Below, piece after piece: positions 13,880-26,527 of a DNA stretch of 26,622 nt (positions within the stretch are counted from its first letter, which is position 1; each line of letters opens with the position of its first letter). The DNA is from Bugula neritina (Eukaryota > Animalia > Bryozoa). The DNA lies in contig CAXIUT010000155.1 in the NCBI GenBank assembly GCA_964035545.1, forward strand, positions 49,716 through 76,337. The letters are read 5' to 3'. A model generated the notes under the pieces. The model was given only the letters and a program-made list of their open reading frames with translations, was not told the DNA's origin and did not search any database. The position numbers and the translations under genes are program-made.

Positions 13880-14370
13880 TTCTTTTATCTTTATTTTTAT
13901 CTCAGTTTTAGAGTAATTTAAGTAATAAAAATATTTTATTTTAGAATATATTTAATAATCAAGATGAATATGTGTGTAATCAAAGTTTTAAAAAATAAAA
14001 TCATTCATTCAATGCCAAGAATCTTTTTCGAAGAATATTCAAGCTTTTGTATTCACTAAATTGATTAAGATCATCAATTTTATCAAGATCATGTGGGTAG
14101 AAAGTGATTCATTCTTTATCTTAAAATATTTTTTATCATTAACTAAAAAATAATCTTTCAATATTGTTGATAAAAACTTAATATTTGCTATATAAATCCA
14201 AATTAGTTCTTCAAAAAAGGTTAAAAACTTAATAACTATCAAAAATAAAGACCTATTCATAGTTTAAAATATGATTCACCCTTTTAAGTAACAGTCAAAA
14301 ATTACAAAAAGCGTTATTTCAATAGCTATAAGTCAATAATATTTGATAGGATTTATTATAAAATAACTCA

Positions 14371-14940
14371 ATGGCAGTAAAACTATTCCTAGCTTTTGCC
14401 TTGCTAGCTCTATCTATGGGATAGATAGTGAAAGTAAGATACCATCAATAGTCACAACCTCTCCCTGAATGTTTTTGTCATGTTGGATCGTCTATACAAA
14501 TTGAACTTTGGACATGTGATCCCCCTTTCGTAGATTTCGATAACCCATCAAGTAGCTGTGTTAATACACCTGATTCTCTTTTTAAAGTTCAAATGCAAGA
14601 TAGTCTTGATTCAGGTAGCTTTGCTAGTTTGGAATAACTCTGTCAATCTATTTAACAAAGAGGTATTCGAACTTGTAGTATTGATACTGATGCTCAACTT
14701 GCACTGTGTTCGATAGAATGTCAAGAACCCCTTTCGGAATGTTAGAAAAAACTCAGAATGAGAAGGAGGTGTGATAAAAGAAGGAATGAAAAGAGGAGAG
14801 AAAGGTGCTATAAGAGAGTGGCAAGACGATGTGAAAGGATAGAAAATAAAAGCTGTTCATCAAGTTCATCAAGTTCATCAAGTTCATCAAGTTCATCAAG
14901 TTCATCAAGTTCATCAAGTTCGTCAAGTTTATGTAAATGA
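14371..14940 (+). CDS. Secreted cysteine-rich protein, 189 aa, with an Arg-rich block and a 24-Ser tail
   Basis: Clean frame with signal-peptide-like MAVKLFLAFALLALSMG, 14 Cys, KKLRMRRRCDKRRNEKRRERCYKRVARRC, then S24-LCK-TGA. Confidence 0.85.
14857..14928 (+). repeat. 9-bp coding tandem repeat (TCATCAAGT)x7 + TCGTCAAGT encoding poly-Ser
   Basis: Directly visible: 8 units, 24 Ser codons. Confidence 0.95.
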
Positions 14941-15408
14941 AAGTGATTTGTGCTTTTAGATTTCTTTTATATTCTAGCTAAAATATCAACTAAATACTTT
15001 ATTTATTGATTTTTAGAAAAATATATTAGCCAATTAATTTGACTAAATAATTTCTTTTGATTATTTTTTGATTTGATTTTATGATACTAAAAGATTATGG
15101 ATATTATTTTTATCAAATTTTATTTAAATTCTATGAATTATTTTAAAGATATTATTATGATCATTTTTATTTTGACTTCAAATAAGACTTTTAAGTTAAA
15201 ATATAGATAAATATAAATTATGCTAAAAACTTATGATCAAAGCTTTTATGGCCAAAATCTGTCTTCATATTTTAATAAAGTTTGATTTTTATTTATGATA
15301 TTTAAAAGGGTATTTTATATTTATTATTCAATCTTTATGATTATAGGCTAGTAAGAATAAAGTCATATTGTTCTTTTAATAGTGATTGCAATATTATTTA
15401 TTTTAAAC

Positions 15409-16746
15409 ATGTACAACTCTTCACTACCTTTTCCAAAAACACCCAACACAGCTGAATCTTCATCCCCCTCACCCTCATCCTAAACCACATCTAATATTCT
15501 AAGACCCAGTTCATTGTAGCTGAAAGCATTTAATCTTCAACCTTTCTCAATCGACCTATCCTCAGCTCTAGTTCATATTTCTCAGATAATGAAGAGCAGT
15601 TCACTAACCAAATTGCTGTCTATTCAGCCAATCAGCAAAGCCGCTACAACATATTTGAAGGAGTTGTAGGCAGGAGATATCAAAGAATGTTTTCTGGAAT
15701 AGCTACAAAACGACATGAAAGATTAAACATCAAGCTAGAAGTAAATTTTAGTAAAATCTAACAGAAAATCTGTTTTTTTGGATAATGTGCGAGCAAATAA
15801 AGATGATTTGACGAAATGGTCAAAAATCTATCTTGATGATTTGGTTGGATCAGTTACAGAACTGCTGCATTTGAGATATCAGCGTAAATCTATCTATAGA
15901 TATATTGTATTGAAACCTACTGCTTTTCTTGTGTAGAAGTTTGTGATGGCGCTCAAGGAGGATCATGGTTTTGAGGTGTCCGCGGAATAAAAAGTAGAGA
16001 AACGAGCTGATTAGCAGGTATAGAAAATATATGGGTTTATAAACAAAATCGATAACAAATATCTAAGAGAGCAACTACGGATTCAAATACAATCAATTAA
16101 CCAAAAGTTACAACAATCTGAAAAGAAATTAAAAATGACTGAATAGCATAATAAAGAACTCCAATAAATAGTATAACAGCAAATAGACGTAATAAACAAC
16201 CAACAAGATTAAACTAAATAACTGCAAAATCAACTGTTATTCAACACAGACGAACTATCTCAACTGAATACTCGTTGCGACTAGTTATAATCTCAGCTGA
16301 CATCTCTTATTGCTGCTTTGTAGACTTTGAAACCTCAATAGTCAAAATATTATTTGAATCCTTATTTCTAAAAATAAAAGTTATAATAAAAATACATGAC
16401 ATAGATAATCCAGCTATAATCTGACCTGTATCTCTAGCGAAATCAATCAAAAAATCTGGTAGATTTCTTCTTATAGCATAACAAATTGGTTCATCTGGCA
16501 TTCTATGATCTGGGGGCAAGGAAATATTTCATCTATCGATTCGATTTGGATCTAAATAAGAAATTGAAGAAGATGAAGGCTTTTGACGGGATCAATCTCG
16601 AGTAGATTTGTGGGAGTCGAGAGTAGATTATGTCTTAAAGTGATTATGCGGATATGTACAAATCGAACATATCTACTTATAGTTCGATATCGATGGAGAA
16701 GGGTTTGCCTGTTTTGTAGGAGAGTTTTTAGGGGTTTCCTTAATGA
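15409..16746 (+). CDS. Hypothetical protein with an S/P-rich N-terminus and a Q/E-rich coiled coil (~445 aa)
   Basis: MYNSSLPFPKTPNTAESSSPSPSS... is open to ~16395. A frame break is needed near 16350-16400, then it continues to TAA-TGA at 16741-16746. Confidence 0.7.
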
Positions 16747-16814
16747 TGTAATTTAAATGCATTTTGATATAATATATTTGGGTTGATTATAACTAATAAT
16801 AATAAATCGGTTCT

Positions 16815-18148
16815 ATGCATAAATCATTTTAGTACTGGCATACGTATTATGATTCGTTTTTTGTGGTTACTCCGTTGAGGTTGCCGAGGACTCTGTATCA
16901 TTAGTAATAGCCTTTCATAACAAAGATTACAAATAACACCTGATCTATAATCATGGCCAACCCTTCCAACTCTCCCAGAGTTACCTTGCTGTTTCTTCTT
17001 GCTTGAAAGTTTCATGATGTAATAAACTAACTGGATGGGTTGTCAGTGCACAGAATATGAGATGCAGATGATAGAGTAAAAAGTGAATCGATTGTTGGTT
17101 GATTTGCAATGTGAGAAAAGATATGGTCGATAATTTTGGAGTAAATCGACTAGGAGAGTATAGGCATCTATTGTTCACTTTTTTATGTTTTTTAAAAATT
17201 TGATAGAAAGCAATTTGACTATCGATTGCTAGAATATTTTGGATGCTAATTCTAAAGATAAATTAACTTTATTTATACCGAAATTAGAGGTAATAATCTA
17301 TATATTTAGAATTTTGTTAATTAAATTATACCCAATATCCATGATCTTTACAACTACCTGCATCAAACATAATTTAGCTAGGAAAGATAGTTGATATAAG
17401 AGTTATTTTTGAAATAAAAACTTTTTTGAAGATTTTGCCTAAAAATAAAGAGATCAAATTTGTTGATGGTTCCTCATGTTGATGCAGGTACATCTGTACG
17501 ATAAATCCTTTGTAGGCTAATAAGGTGAGCCTTCTAGAAATTGGAGAATAATCGGAATAGAAATGTGACTGCTATTGTTAAGAAGAGGAGTAAGAGTAAG
17601 GAGGAGAGGGAGAGTCGTTAAAAAGTAAAAAAATAAAGTTGATATAAAAAGTAATAGAAAGAATACTGATGATATTGATGAGACAGATTTTAGTAAGTAG
17701 AAAGATATCAAGTATTTTGCAGTTATTTAAATTTAAAGAGAAGATAAAAAATTATGCTTATTATGTTCAAAGCAAGAAGCAAATCAATTAATCAACTAAA
17801 TAAAATTTAAGTGTTTCTAAAAGATCATCAATTCGTAAATATACTATGTATTAAAGTCCGGTAAGAGGAAGTATTAAAAGAAAAGGTACATTATAGGAAT
17901 AAAGATTCAAGAGTGATAGTTTTTCACCTTATAGAAGGGAAAGGCTAGCTACTCTTAACACATTTTTAACAAGTAAAATCAATAAAAAAAAGTATGTGCC
18001 TGAATAGGAGAAGGAAATATAGCGATATCATAAAGATTAATCCAAAAAACGTCATAATCATTATAAAGTCAGCCTGAAAAGAACTGGATATTCAAGTGAG
18101 ATAAATTTATCATCGGGAGCGACTAGGGTGTGGGGGAAGGGTGCGTGA
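16815..18148 (+). CDS. Hypothetical protein (~435 aa) with a basic disordered C-terminus
   Basis: MHKSFEYWHTYYDSFF..., then a long helical frame (…IEEKVNRLLVDLQCEKRYG…), a 20-nt intron at 17290-17309 and several frame breaks. Both ends are uncertain. Confidence 0.6.
17290..17309 (+). other. 20-nt spliceosomal intron
   Basis: GTAATAATCTATATATTTAG. Removing it joins IPKLE|NFVNEIIPNIHDLYNYL in frame. Confidence 0.7.
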
Positions 18149-18259
18149 GTGGTTTAATGAGCGTTTGGTTGCCCGTAGACTGAACAGATTAATTTTTACT
18201 TGATTTATACTAACTTATATGAAGAGATTATCAGTTGCAATCAATATATTACAGATCAG

Positions 18260-19208
<949 letters not shown>

Positions 19209-19479
19209 TCAATATCCATTAATTATTCTCTCTTTTTGTTATTGAAGTATTGATGGTGATCGTAACGCCGAATAATTTAAAAATAAACATGTAAAATATG
19301 ATAGTGAAGTTTTTACATCCAAAATCGGTCTATAGATATTATTTGATTCAGGATAGCTTGAGTATCCAAGGAAAAATGTTATTTTAATTATCTGGAGTTT
19401 TCTTAGAGTAAAGTTTGTAGTTTAATACTATAGAGCGTTAAATTCCATAATACATATTTTGGCTAAACTTAACATTCAA

Positions 19480-20380
19480 ATGAACTACCTCAAACCAGAC
19501 CTTCAATGTTAAGAAATTTCAGTTATTAACTCAATCCTGTAAGCCTCAGCAGAGATCTCAGCCTTCGTTAGACACTCACCTATCGTTGTTCTTTAATCTT
19601 ACAACAAATTTGGAGATTTACAGCTACATCAAGATGTGGCCTGTGATGAAATCATTGAAAAACACCTCAAAAAAAATGATAAAGTTAAGGTTTTGCCAGC
19701 TAGGAAAGGCCACACCTTGAAACTCTAGGTGAAGGGTCTGGTTACTATGTAACTTATGATCCCTCTCGATGGCAGCTCAATCATTGACACAAATTTCTCA
19801 ATCGGAAGTATCTATTCAATCTGGAAGACAAGTGAGAAAAGACTCATAGGATAGACTCTTGGTGCTCAAGTTAATGCTATTCTAGTTGTCTATGGACCCC
19901 GACAACTGCTATTATTTATAACTCCCATCAAGACAAAGTTCAAGAGTTAACTTTGATTTAAAAGAACTGGATCGTGTCACATGATCATCTATTGATTCAA
20001 GATAAAACTAAGATTTTCAGTCCTGGAAATCTTAGATGTGCAAGTGAGCACCTAAGAATACCTTAAAGTGGTTAACAATTGGATGAAAAAAAGGACTAAC
20101 TTTGAGATATACTGGAGGTCTGATAGTCGATGTGGCCCAGATTCTTTATCAAAAGACAAGGAATTTTCTGTTGCGTAGGTTCTAAAAATCATAAATACAA
20201 ACTTAGGGCACTGTATTAAGCTTGCAGCTGTTGGTTTTCTGATCGAAAAGGCAGGGGGTAAGACGATAACTTTAGGTAAAAAAATCATTAATGGACTTCT
20301 AGATAACATCTTATGACGATAGAGTGCCATTTGCAGTAGGAAGTAGTTAATAGATATAGTCTCTTGCGCATTTGTTCTGA
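19480..20380 (+). CDS. SBP: Sedoheptulose-1,7-bisphosphatase (FBPase class I superfamily)
   Basis: Motifs NKFGDLQL, ASEE, YDPLDGSSIIDTNFSIGSI, VYGPRTT, IFSPGNLR, LRYTGGL and KLRALYE..GFLIEKAGG. FSPGNLR and LRYTGG favour SBPase over FBPase. About 8 single-base indels must be corrected. Confidence 0.9.
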
Positions 20381-20442
20381 TCGATTCATTTTATAATTCA
20401 AATTTATACAATAATAAACTTAACATTCATAACTGAAAATCG

Positions 20443-21521
20443 ATGGAGAACGATATAAGTTTAGAATAGGTGAAAAAAGATACGACATTGAGAGAAGAAA
20501 GACTTCAGAAAATGAAGAGTAAAATCTAGGCTCTTCAATTCAATGTGACTAAAACAAAAATACTAAACAATTAGGTTCCAAGGAAAGGTCTAACGATAAA
20601 TATATATGATAATATGCAATCATTTGAGTCAAAAAATCGTAGTCCTGGGCATCAATCAATTCCTGACGATTTGGTTACAATTCAACTCTATTCAAAAACA
20701 TTGATAATGAATCTCAGCAGGTAATGAACAATGGTAGTGGAGTAAGTAATTTCTCATCGGTATCTAATATCAATAACATTTTGAATAATCAGCATCGAGG
20801 GTAATATCGGACCCAATTATAGCCTGTGCAGGAAAAGGATAGTTTGATTGAAGATATTGATAAGGTGTTATTTAAGGTGCAGATAAGAATAATCAAACTT
20901 CGAAGACTTATTAGCATTTTATGGAGAAATAGAGTAAGTCAAATAGAAGGGGAAGAGAGTAGGAAATGATAAATTCTATGAAAAGTAATTAAAGTGGTTA
21001 GGTGTCTGCTAGAACTAAATTGCAAGAGTATAAGCAACTTATCAATAAACTTGATACTATCTAGGAATAAAAATTTATGGCTAAAAAAGCCAAGAATATA
21101 AAGAATAGCCTTAATATAGATAGTATATTGAACCTAAACCTAAAGTCTATGCAAAAACAGCTCTTCATCTTTAACTAGAATAACCTATTAGTTCAAGGAA
21201 ACATAATAATGAGCCAAGCGGTTTAAGTTATCGAAGTGATTATCCTTTATCTGAAAGCAAATTTCCACCGACTCCGCCAGTTCAACCAAAGAAAGTTCCA
21301 ACTAACGTAGTATAAAGACAAAAAATGTTATTAAAAGAATCAGTAATTCAGTACAAAAAATAAACATAGAATTCTCATGATATTCTAGATAAATCATAAA
21401 TAGATTTCTAATTGAGCGACTAGTAAGGATAAAATAAAGATAAGAGTAATAACTTCTTAGATAAAAAGAACTTCTAGAACAATAACTCAAACAAATTGAA
21501 AAATAATTGAGTTAATTATGA
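20443..21521 (+). CDS. Hypothetical coiled-coil protein (~355 aa)
   Basis: MENDISLEEVKKDTTLREERLQKMK... to ...ELLEQELKQIEKELSEL-TGA, with internal frame breaks. Confidence 0.68.
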
Positions 21522-21558
21522 TAATATGATTTTTTATTTGAATTATTATTATTATCTA

Positions 21559-22463
21559 TCACATGTCTTTTTATAGGAAGCGACTGATTCGATATTTATT
21601 TGGACTGGGATTCTCATCAAATTTCTTCAAATAGGTTCTGTTGCTCAAAGGGATAGTTCTTTTAGTGTTTTGAGAGACCAAGAGGTCAGATTATCCTGAG
21701 CCATAGGTTCCTGGACCGGGATTACGACTAAATTAATCATCAAATACTTGGTAAATTAGTTAAATCTTTTCAATGCGATTCCCATCGAGTAGTTGGCTTT
21801 TTTCTTTTTATTAATGAAGCTGTGGTTGTAGTATCCTGGTGCAGGATTTTCAATGGTATTTTAAGGTTGGTAGAATCGATGTTTTGAATGAGGGATATAT
21901 GATTTTGGTTCATTATCGAAATTAGTGAAAGATTGTCCTTTCATTGTCCATCCTGAATTTAAAAAGAGGTACTCATTTTATCGTCATAGGATTCGGTTTA
22001 GGGGTTGTAGGCTGCGATGGATGAGAATTGGTTGTTGTTGTATTTGGAGGTGAGATATGAAGCAGGAGATGGTCCTGCTTATCCTAATCCTTTGACAAAA
22101 TGTTAGGGTCTACATGATTTTGGGAATCTTGTTCCTTTTTCAGTTTTGATATCTTTTCTTAACTCAAGAGTTAAAAATTGACTATTTTTTCAACTACTCA
22201 ACATCTTTTTATTTGAATCTAAGAGCATTAGGTATCTTGTGTTTCGGTGACCCATCTCTTGTCTATAATAGTTAAGTTTATACCATTGACATGGAAGATT
22301 CATTCCAAAGACCTTTATTTTTGACATTCATTGCCGCCAAGAGAAATTCTCTTTGTGATGTTGAACTTTTTAGGGAGAATTTGGTGAACTTCTAGGACTG
22401 TTTGTGTTCAATTTAGCTGATTAGAGTGATTCAGGGGCATCAATTTTAAGGCTGTGGTGGCAT
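21559..22463 (-). CDS. SHIPPO / sperm-tail PG-rich repeat protein (ODF3/CIMAP-like axonemal protein)
   Basis: Repeated motifs GPSPASY, NPAPGYY, NPGPGTY and NPSPNKY, ending FLEKDM-TGA. The start is uncertain and there are several frame breaks. Possible introns at 21953-21972 and 22263-22283 are ambiguous. Confidence 0.72.
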
Positions 22464-22547
22464 GAGGTTGATTAATAAAATTACTACAAATATGATAATA
22501 TATTCACTGATAGTAAAATCATATCAAGAAACATTATCAATTATTTA

Positions 22548-23975
22548 TCAATCTTTAGATAATAAACTTAATTTAGCCTTCACCATCTAGTAGTATTCTT
22601 GATCTATTTATCCATTGTCTTTGATCTTCATCACTCGACCATAAGTTTACTTTCTTTTCAACTCCTATTATAGCCTTTATGACTAAAATTGTAAAAGTTG
22701 GGCTGTTTCGACTTTGTTCTCGCCTTTAGAAAGGATGGTCTTCCATGGTTTAGGTTTTCCCATATCCTAGGAATGATTTAAATAGTTTTAATATGTAATT
22801 CTATCGGTTTTGACACCCAATTGGACCTTAGTTTCTTTTCTTAGGCATTTTCTTTACTAACTAAAGATACTATAATCCCTTTAATTTTGGTTTTTATAGC
22901 AATTATTTTTCTTTTTCCTATCTAATCACTCTACTTTTTGGTTTAGTGTTATAATCTATCTTCCATTTGTTTTCTTTTATTTTAATCGATATCAGGAGGA
23001 TATTTACTCTTTACTTGCTATGAAAATTGTCTCATCTTTTATAATTTTTGTTTAGGATTTTCCTATAGATCTTATTCTTGAGGACTTGATAGTTGACGAT
23101 AAAATGCACTTTGATATGATGGCTTATAGGCTCTAGCTCGAGAACTGTTCATCCTCATTTCTCTATTTCTTAGTAATTCTTTTTCTTTTAATATTTATAG
23201 TACCTTTTGTTAGTGTTCCATTATTTAAGGTAGGTTTACAGGTTGTTTTAGTTGACGTATTTATGCAAGTTTCTTTTTTCTTTATTCTAGTACACTATTC
23301 TTCTTTTTATAGAAACTTTTATTATAATTTTTAATATAGTTATTTTCTTGTTAATAAATCTTTCAATCTTTATTTTTATTATTTAACAGTTTAGCTTCTT
23401 TTATCAGCTCTTTATTTAACTTTCTTGATAGATTCTAATAATTAAGCTTTTTTTCTTGCTTTTTATTCTTCCTATATTTTATTTCTTAATTTTTATGTTT
23501 ATTCTTATTTTTATTTAGATTTCATCAATATTTATTTCTTTTTATTTTATATTTTTTTCATTTATTATTGATGTGTTCTTCTCCAATCTTAACTTCTTCG
23601 AGATAGACCTAAATTTCCATCAACTGATCTTTTTCTCAAATACTAATATCTATCTAAATGAACTAATGAATTTTTCAATATAGCCTAATCTATGTTCTAG
23701 TTAGTATTTTTCCTTTTAAAATTGTTAGATAAATTTCCTCTTTAACATCTATTCATATCCATTCTTTTATGGTAGATCTAGCTATATTATATAGAATTTA
23801 CGTTGCCTTTTTTCTTACGAACTAGTATATCTCCATTTACGATTTCTTTTGCTACTGAGCCAGTCTCGTCTTCGACGTGTAGTTAAGCAATATATCTAGA
23901 TTTTGGTTTGGCGTTGTTGAATAGTTCTTAGAGATGTTGGGCTGTGGGTTCTAGATCGTTTTAGTTTTAGCTCAT
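22548..23975 (-). CDS. Hypothetical K/E-rich coiled-coil protein (~470 aa)
   Basis: MSENENDLEPTAQHLEELFNN... to ...EYYEMVKAKLSLLSKD-TGA, with several frame breaks in A-runs. Confidence 0.72.
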
Positions 23976-24057
23976 TAGTTATAATTTTATTCTGATATTA
24001 ATTATGATCAAAGATAATATCTTATTATTCAAATTTATTTATTTTGGATGATGATTA

Positions 24058-25757
24058 ATGAATTCGATATTAATGTTTGATGAAGATATATTTTAATCAT
24101 GACAAATAAAAGTAATATAAACAAAGGTGAAAAGATATAAGGGGTTTATTTTTGATCGAAATCTCCAAATGAGGTAGTAAATGACTGATACACATTTGTA
24201 TATTCAGGTTACTATCTCTATTTTTATCAACTAGGGAGTGTAATAATTTTGTTGATGAGTAATTTTGAACAAAATTGTTCTTTTTTTTAGATATTTTCTT
24301 AGTTACATTCCAATAAAAGGCTTAAATTAGTTCATAAAATTGTTCATATTGATTTTAATTCAGCTTTGCTATAATTTCCCGATAATATTTATGGAATAGG
24401 TGTTACGTAAACTATATCAAGAGCATCATTGTACACTCCAAAGGAAGCGTATAGAAAAAGTTATTAATTAGCCTTTTACTCCAATATCAAGAAAGAAATA
24501 TGATTTTAGTTAAGAATTTTAATCTTTGACACCTGAGACGAATTATTAGTTGACAGATGATGTTCGGTTTTAGAAATAGTTTCATTAGACAAAACAGGAA
24601 TATAACTTTGAGGCATTTTAATCTAGGTTTAAGAAACATAAATTTCCTCGTTTGGTAAAAAAAATAGAAAAAAAGGGAATTTGAGAAGTAAATTAAAATC
24701 ATCATTTTTGGCTGTTTTTATTTATCTAGAGAATTAAAAAGGTCTATAAACAAACTTTAATTAAACGTAAAAAGAAAGCATAAAAAATATAGTCAATTAC
24801 TCGTCAATATTACTCAAAAAATGGTTAGAAATTATTATTAAGTCATACTCAAAGAATAGCTAACTAATTATCTGAAACATCCTCTAAAAAAGTATAACTA
24901 ATCCTTAAATAAACAAAGAACATGAATCGATTCAACTACTATACTACTTATCTTTGAAGTTATCTTCATCATCGATATCAAAAGAACTGATATCATTTTT
25001 TATTCACACATCTACTCAAAATGGATTCCCTCCTTCTGATTTCTTGACTGGAGTTGAGATAAATCGTTTGGATTTTAGTGAGAAATATGGCTGTTTGATA
25101 AATGTGACCTAAGAACAGGTAAGGATGTTGATTGGAGTAGGCGTTGGTATTAAAATATTTACGTATTATGTTTTGTATCAACCTTGGAATATTAGTTATT
25201 GTGGGTAGAATATCAAAAAATATAAATAGCAATTGAAGGGAACTATTAATAATGTTGCTAGTGTATTTTATTATCTTATTTTGTAAGATTTTTGTCTTAA
25301 GGTTTAATAAGTAAGACTATAAGTAAAAATAGTATTGCTGGTTTTGGCATTAGAGCTATCAAAACTTTGGATCCTTTTCGGTAGGGGACAATAAAAATAT
25401 CATCGAAAGCTATTATTGGTGGTCAGAGTCGAATGTTTTTTGAATAATATGGAATATAAGTATCCTAATTTAATCACCCAGATAAAACAAAATTTGTTCA
25501 AATGGTTAAGTCGGTTATCATATGCCTGCATAAAATAGAAAAGTAAGAAAAAACAGAACAAAGAGGGGCATTCGACCTTTTTCTCAACTGTGGAATCGAC
25601 TCAACTCAGTCGGTATGGCAATAATCAACCTCAAAGAAGAAACTTTCATAGTATTGAACTAAAACGAGATAAATAGAAGAGGTAGGTATCAACAAGAAAG
25701 AGATAGACTTCTAGATCGCGAGTAAGTGAGTTGCCATCAATAAGAACTATTGATTGA
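24058..25757 (+). CDS. Hypothetical protein (~560 aa)
   Basis: Protein-like segments in shifting frames, ending ...SRSRVSELPSIRTID-TGA. The start is poorly defined because of many indels. Confidence 0.5.
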
Positions 25758-25812
25758 TAATATATTTTTCATTTCATAGTTGTTATTTTATTGAAGAAAT
25801 AATCTTCAAAAA

Positions 25813-26484
25813 TCATAGTAAACTTAATCTGATATTATTTCTGCAATAGGGACAAGTAGCTTTGGTTTGTAGCCATCCCTAGATACATTCTCTATGGAAA
25901 CAGTGTTCGCAAGCCGGGTAATAAAATTGAACCGCTGTCTTCTTAGAATTACATCAAACAGATACTGCAGGTCAAAGATACATCCGATTTTCTTGAATGG
26001 ATCTAGTGAAATGGTTTAGATAGAGCCAGTATTTAATTGAGTTCTTATGGTTGGAGGTTGGTATTGGTTGATTAGAAGCGTTTCTGTCATGAGGCGGTAA
26101 ATATGACGAAGCCCATAAAGAACTAGAACAAACATGACTAGCAGTAAGAAAATGGCGTTGATTGCCAAAATGATGTAGATATTGTATTCGCATACTTAAT
26201 TGAAATCTACTTGTCCGCGGGTGGTGATGGAATTTTTAGAATAGTTTGGCTATCATAAGAAGCAAATAAAACTAAGGTGCCTTAATACTAGATTGTTTTT
26301 TGTTGATGAACCATCCGTACCAGATAACTATATGTTCTAGGCCGACTGCCCACAAGAAGAACTGCTTCGAAGTTTATCATATTTTGACCTATGTAGTTGT
26401 TTTTTCCAGTTAACTATCGTTAGAATCAGCAGGATCAGGGCTACGATTGCTTGTACGATACGCCAGATGGTGATATTGCTACAT
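25813..26484 (-). CDS. Transmembrane RING-H2 E3 ubiquitin ligase
   Basis: CSICLMEFEEDSGSILLPGCEHCFHRECIEGWLQTKATCPYCR (C3H2C3, one indel), preceded by hydrophobic helices (IWRIVQAIVALILLILTIVNW). The start is uncertain, and the stop could be 25769 if another indel is present. Confidence 0.85.
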
Positions 26485-26527
26485 GTTTGTATATATATTA
26501 TCTTGGAACTGATGATAATATCAGATA

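Noticed and set aside
14857-14928. Tandem repeat as a CRISPR array or mobile element
   Set aside because: No spacers are present. It is an in-frame 9-bp poly-Ser coding repeat in a eukaryotic gene.
16824-17178. Minus-strand gene suggested by two track ORFs
   Set aside because: The plus strand gives a longer protein-like frame linked by a canonical 20-nt intron, so the minus ORFs are probably shadows.
24173-24206. Possible 34-nt GT-AG intron
   Set aside because: The segment reads through as plausible coding sequence (QMREEMTDTHLYIQVTISIF) and does not match the 20-21 nt class.
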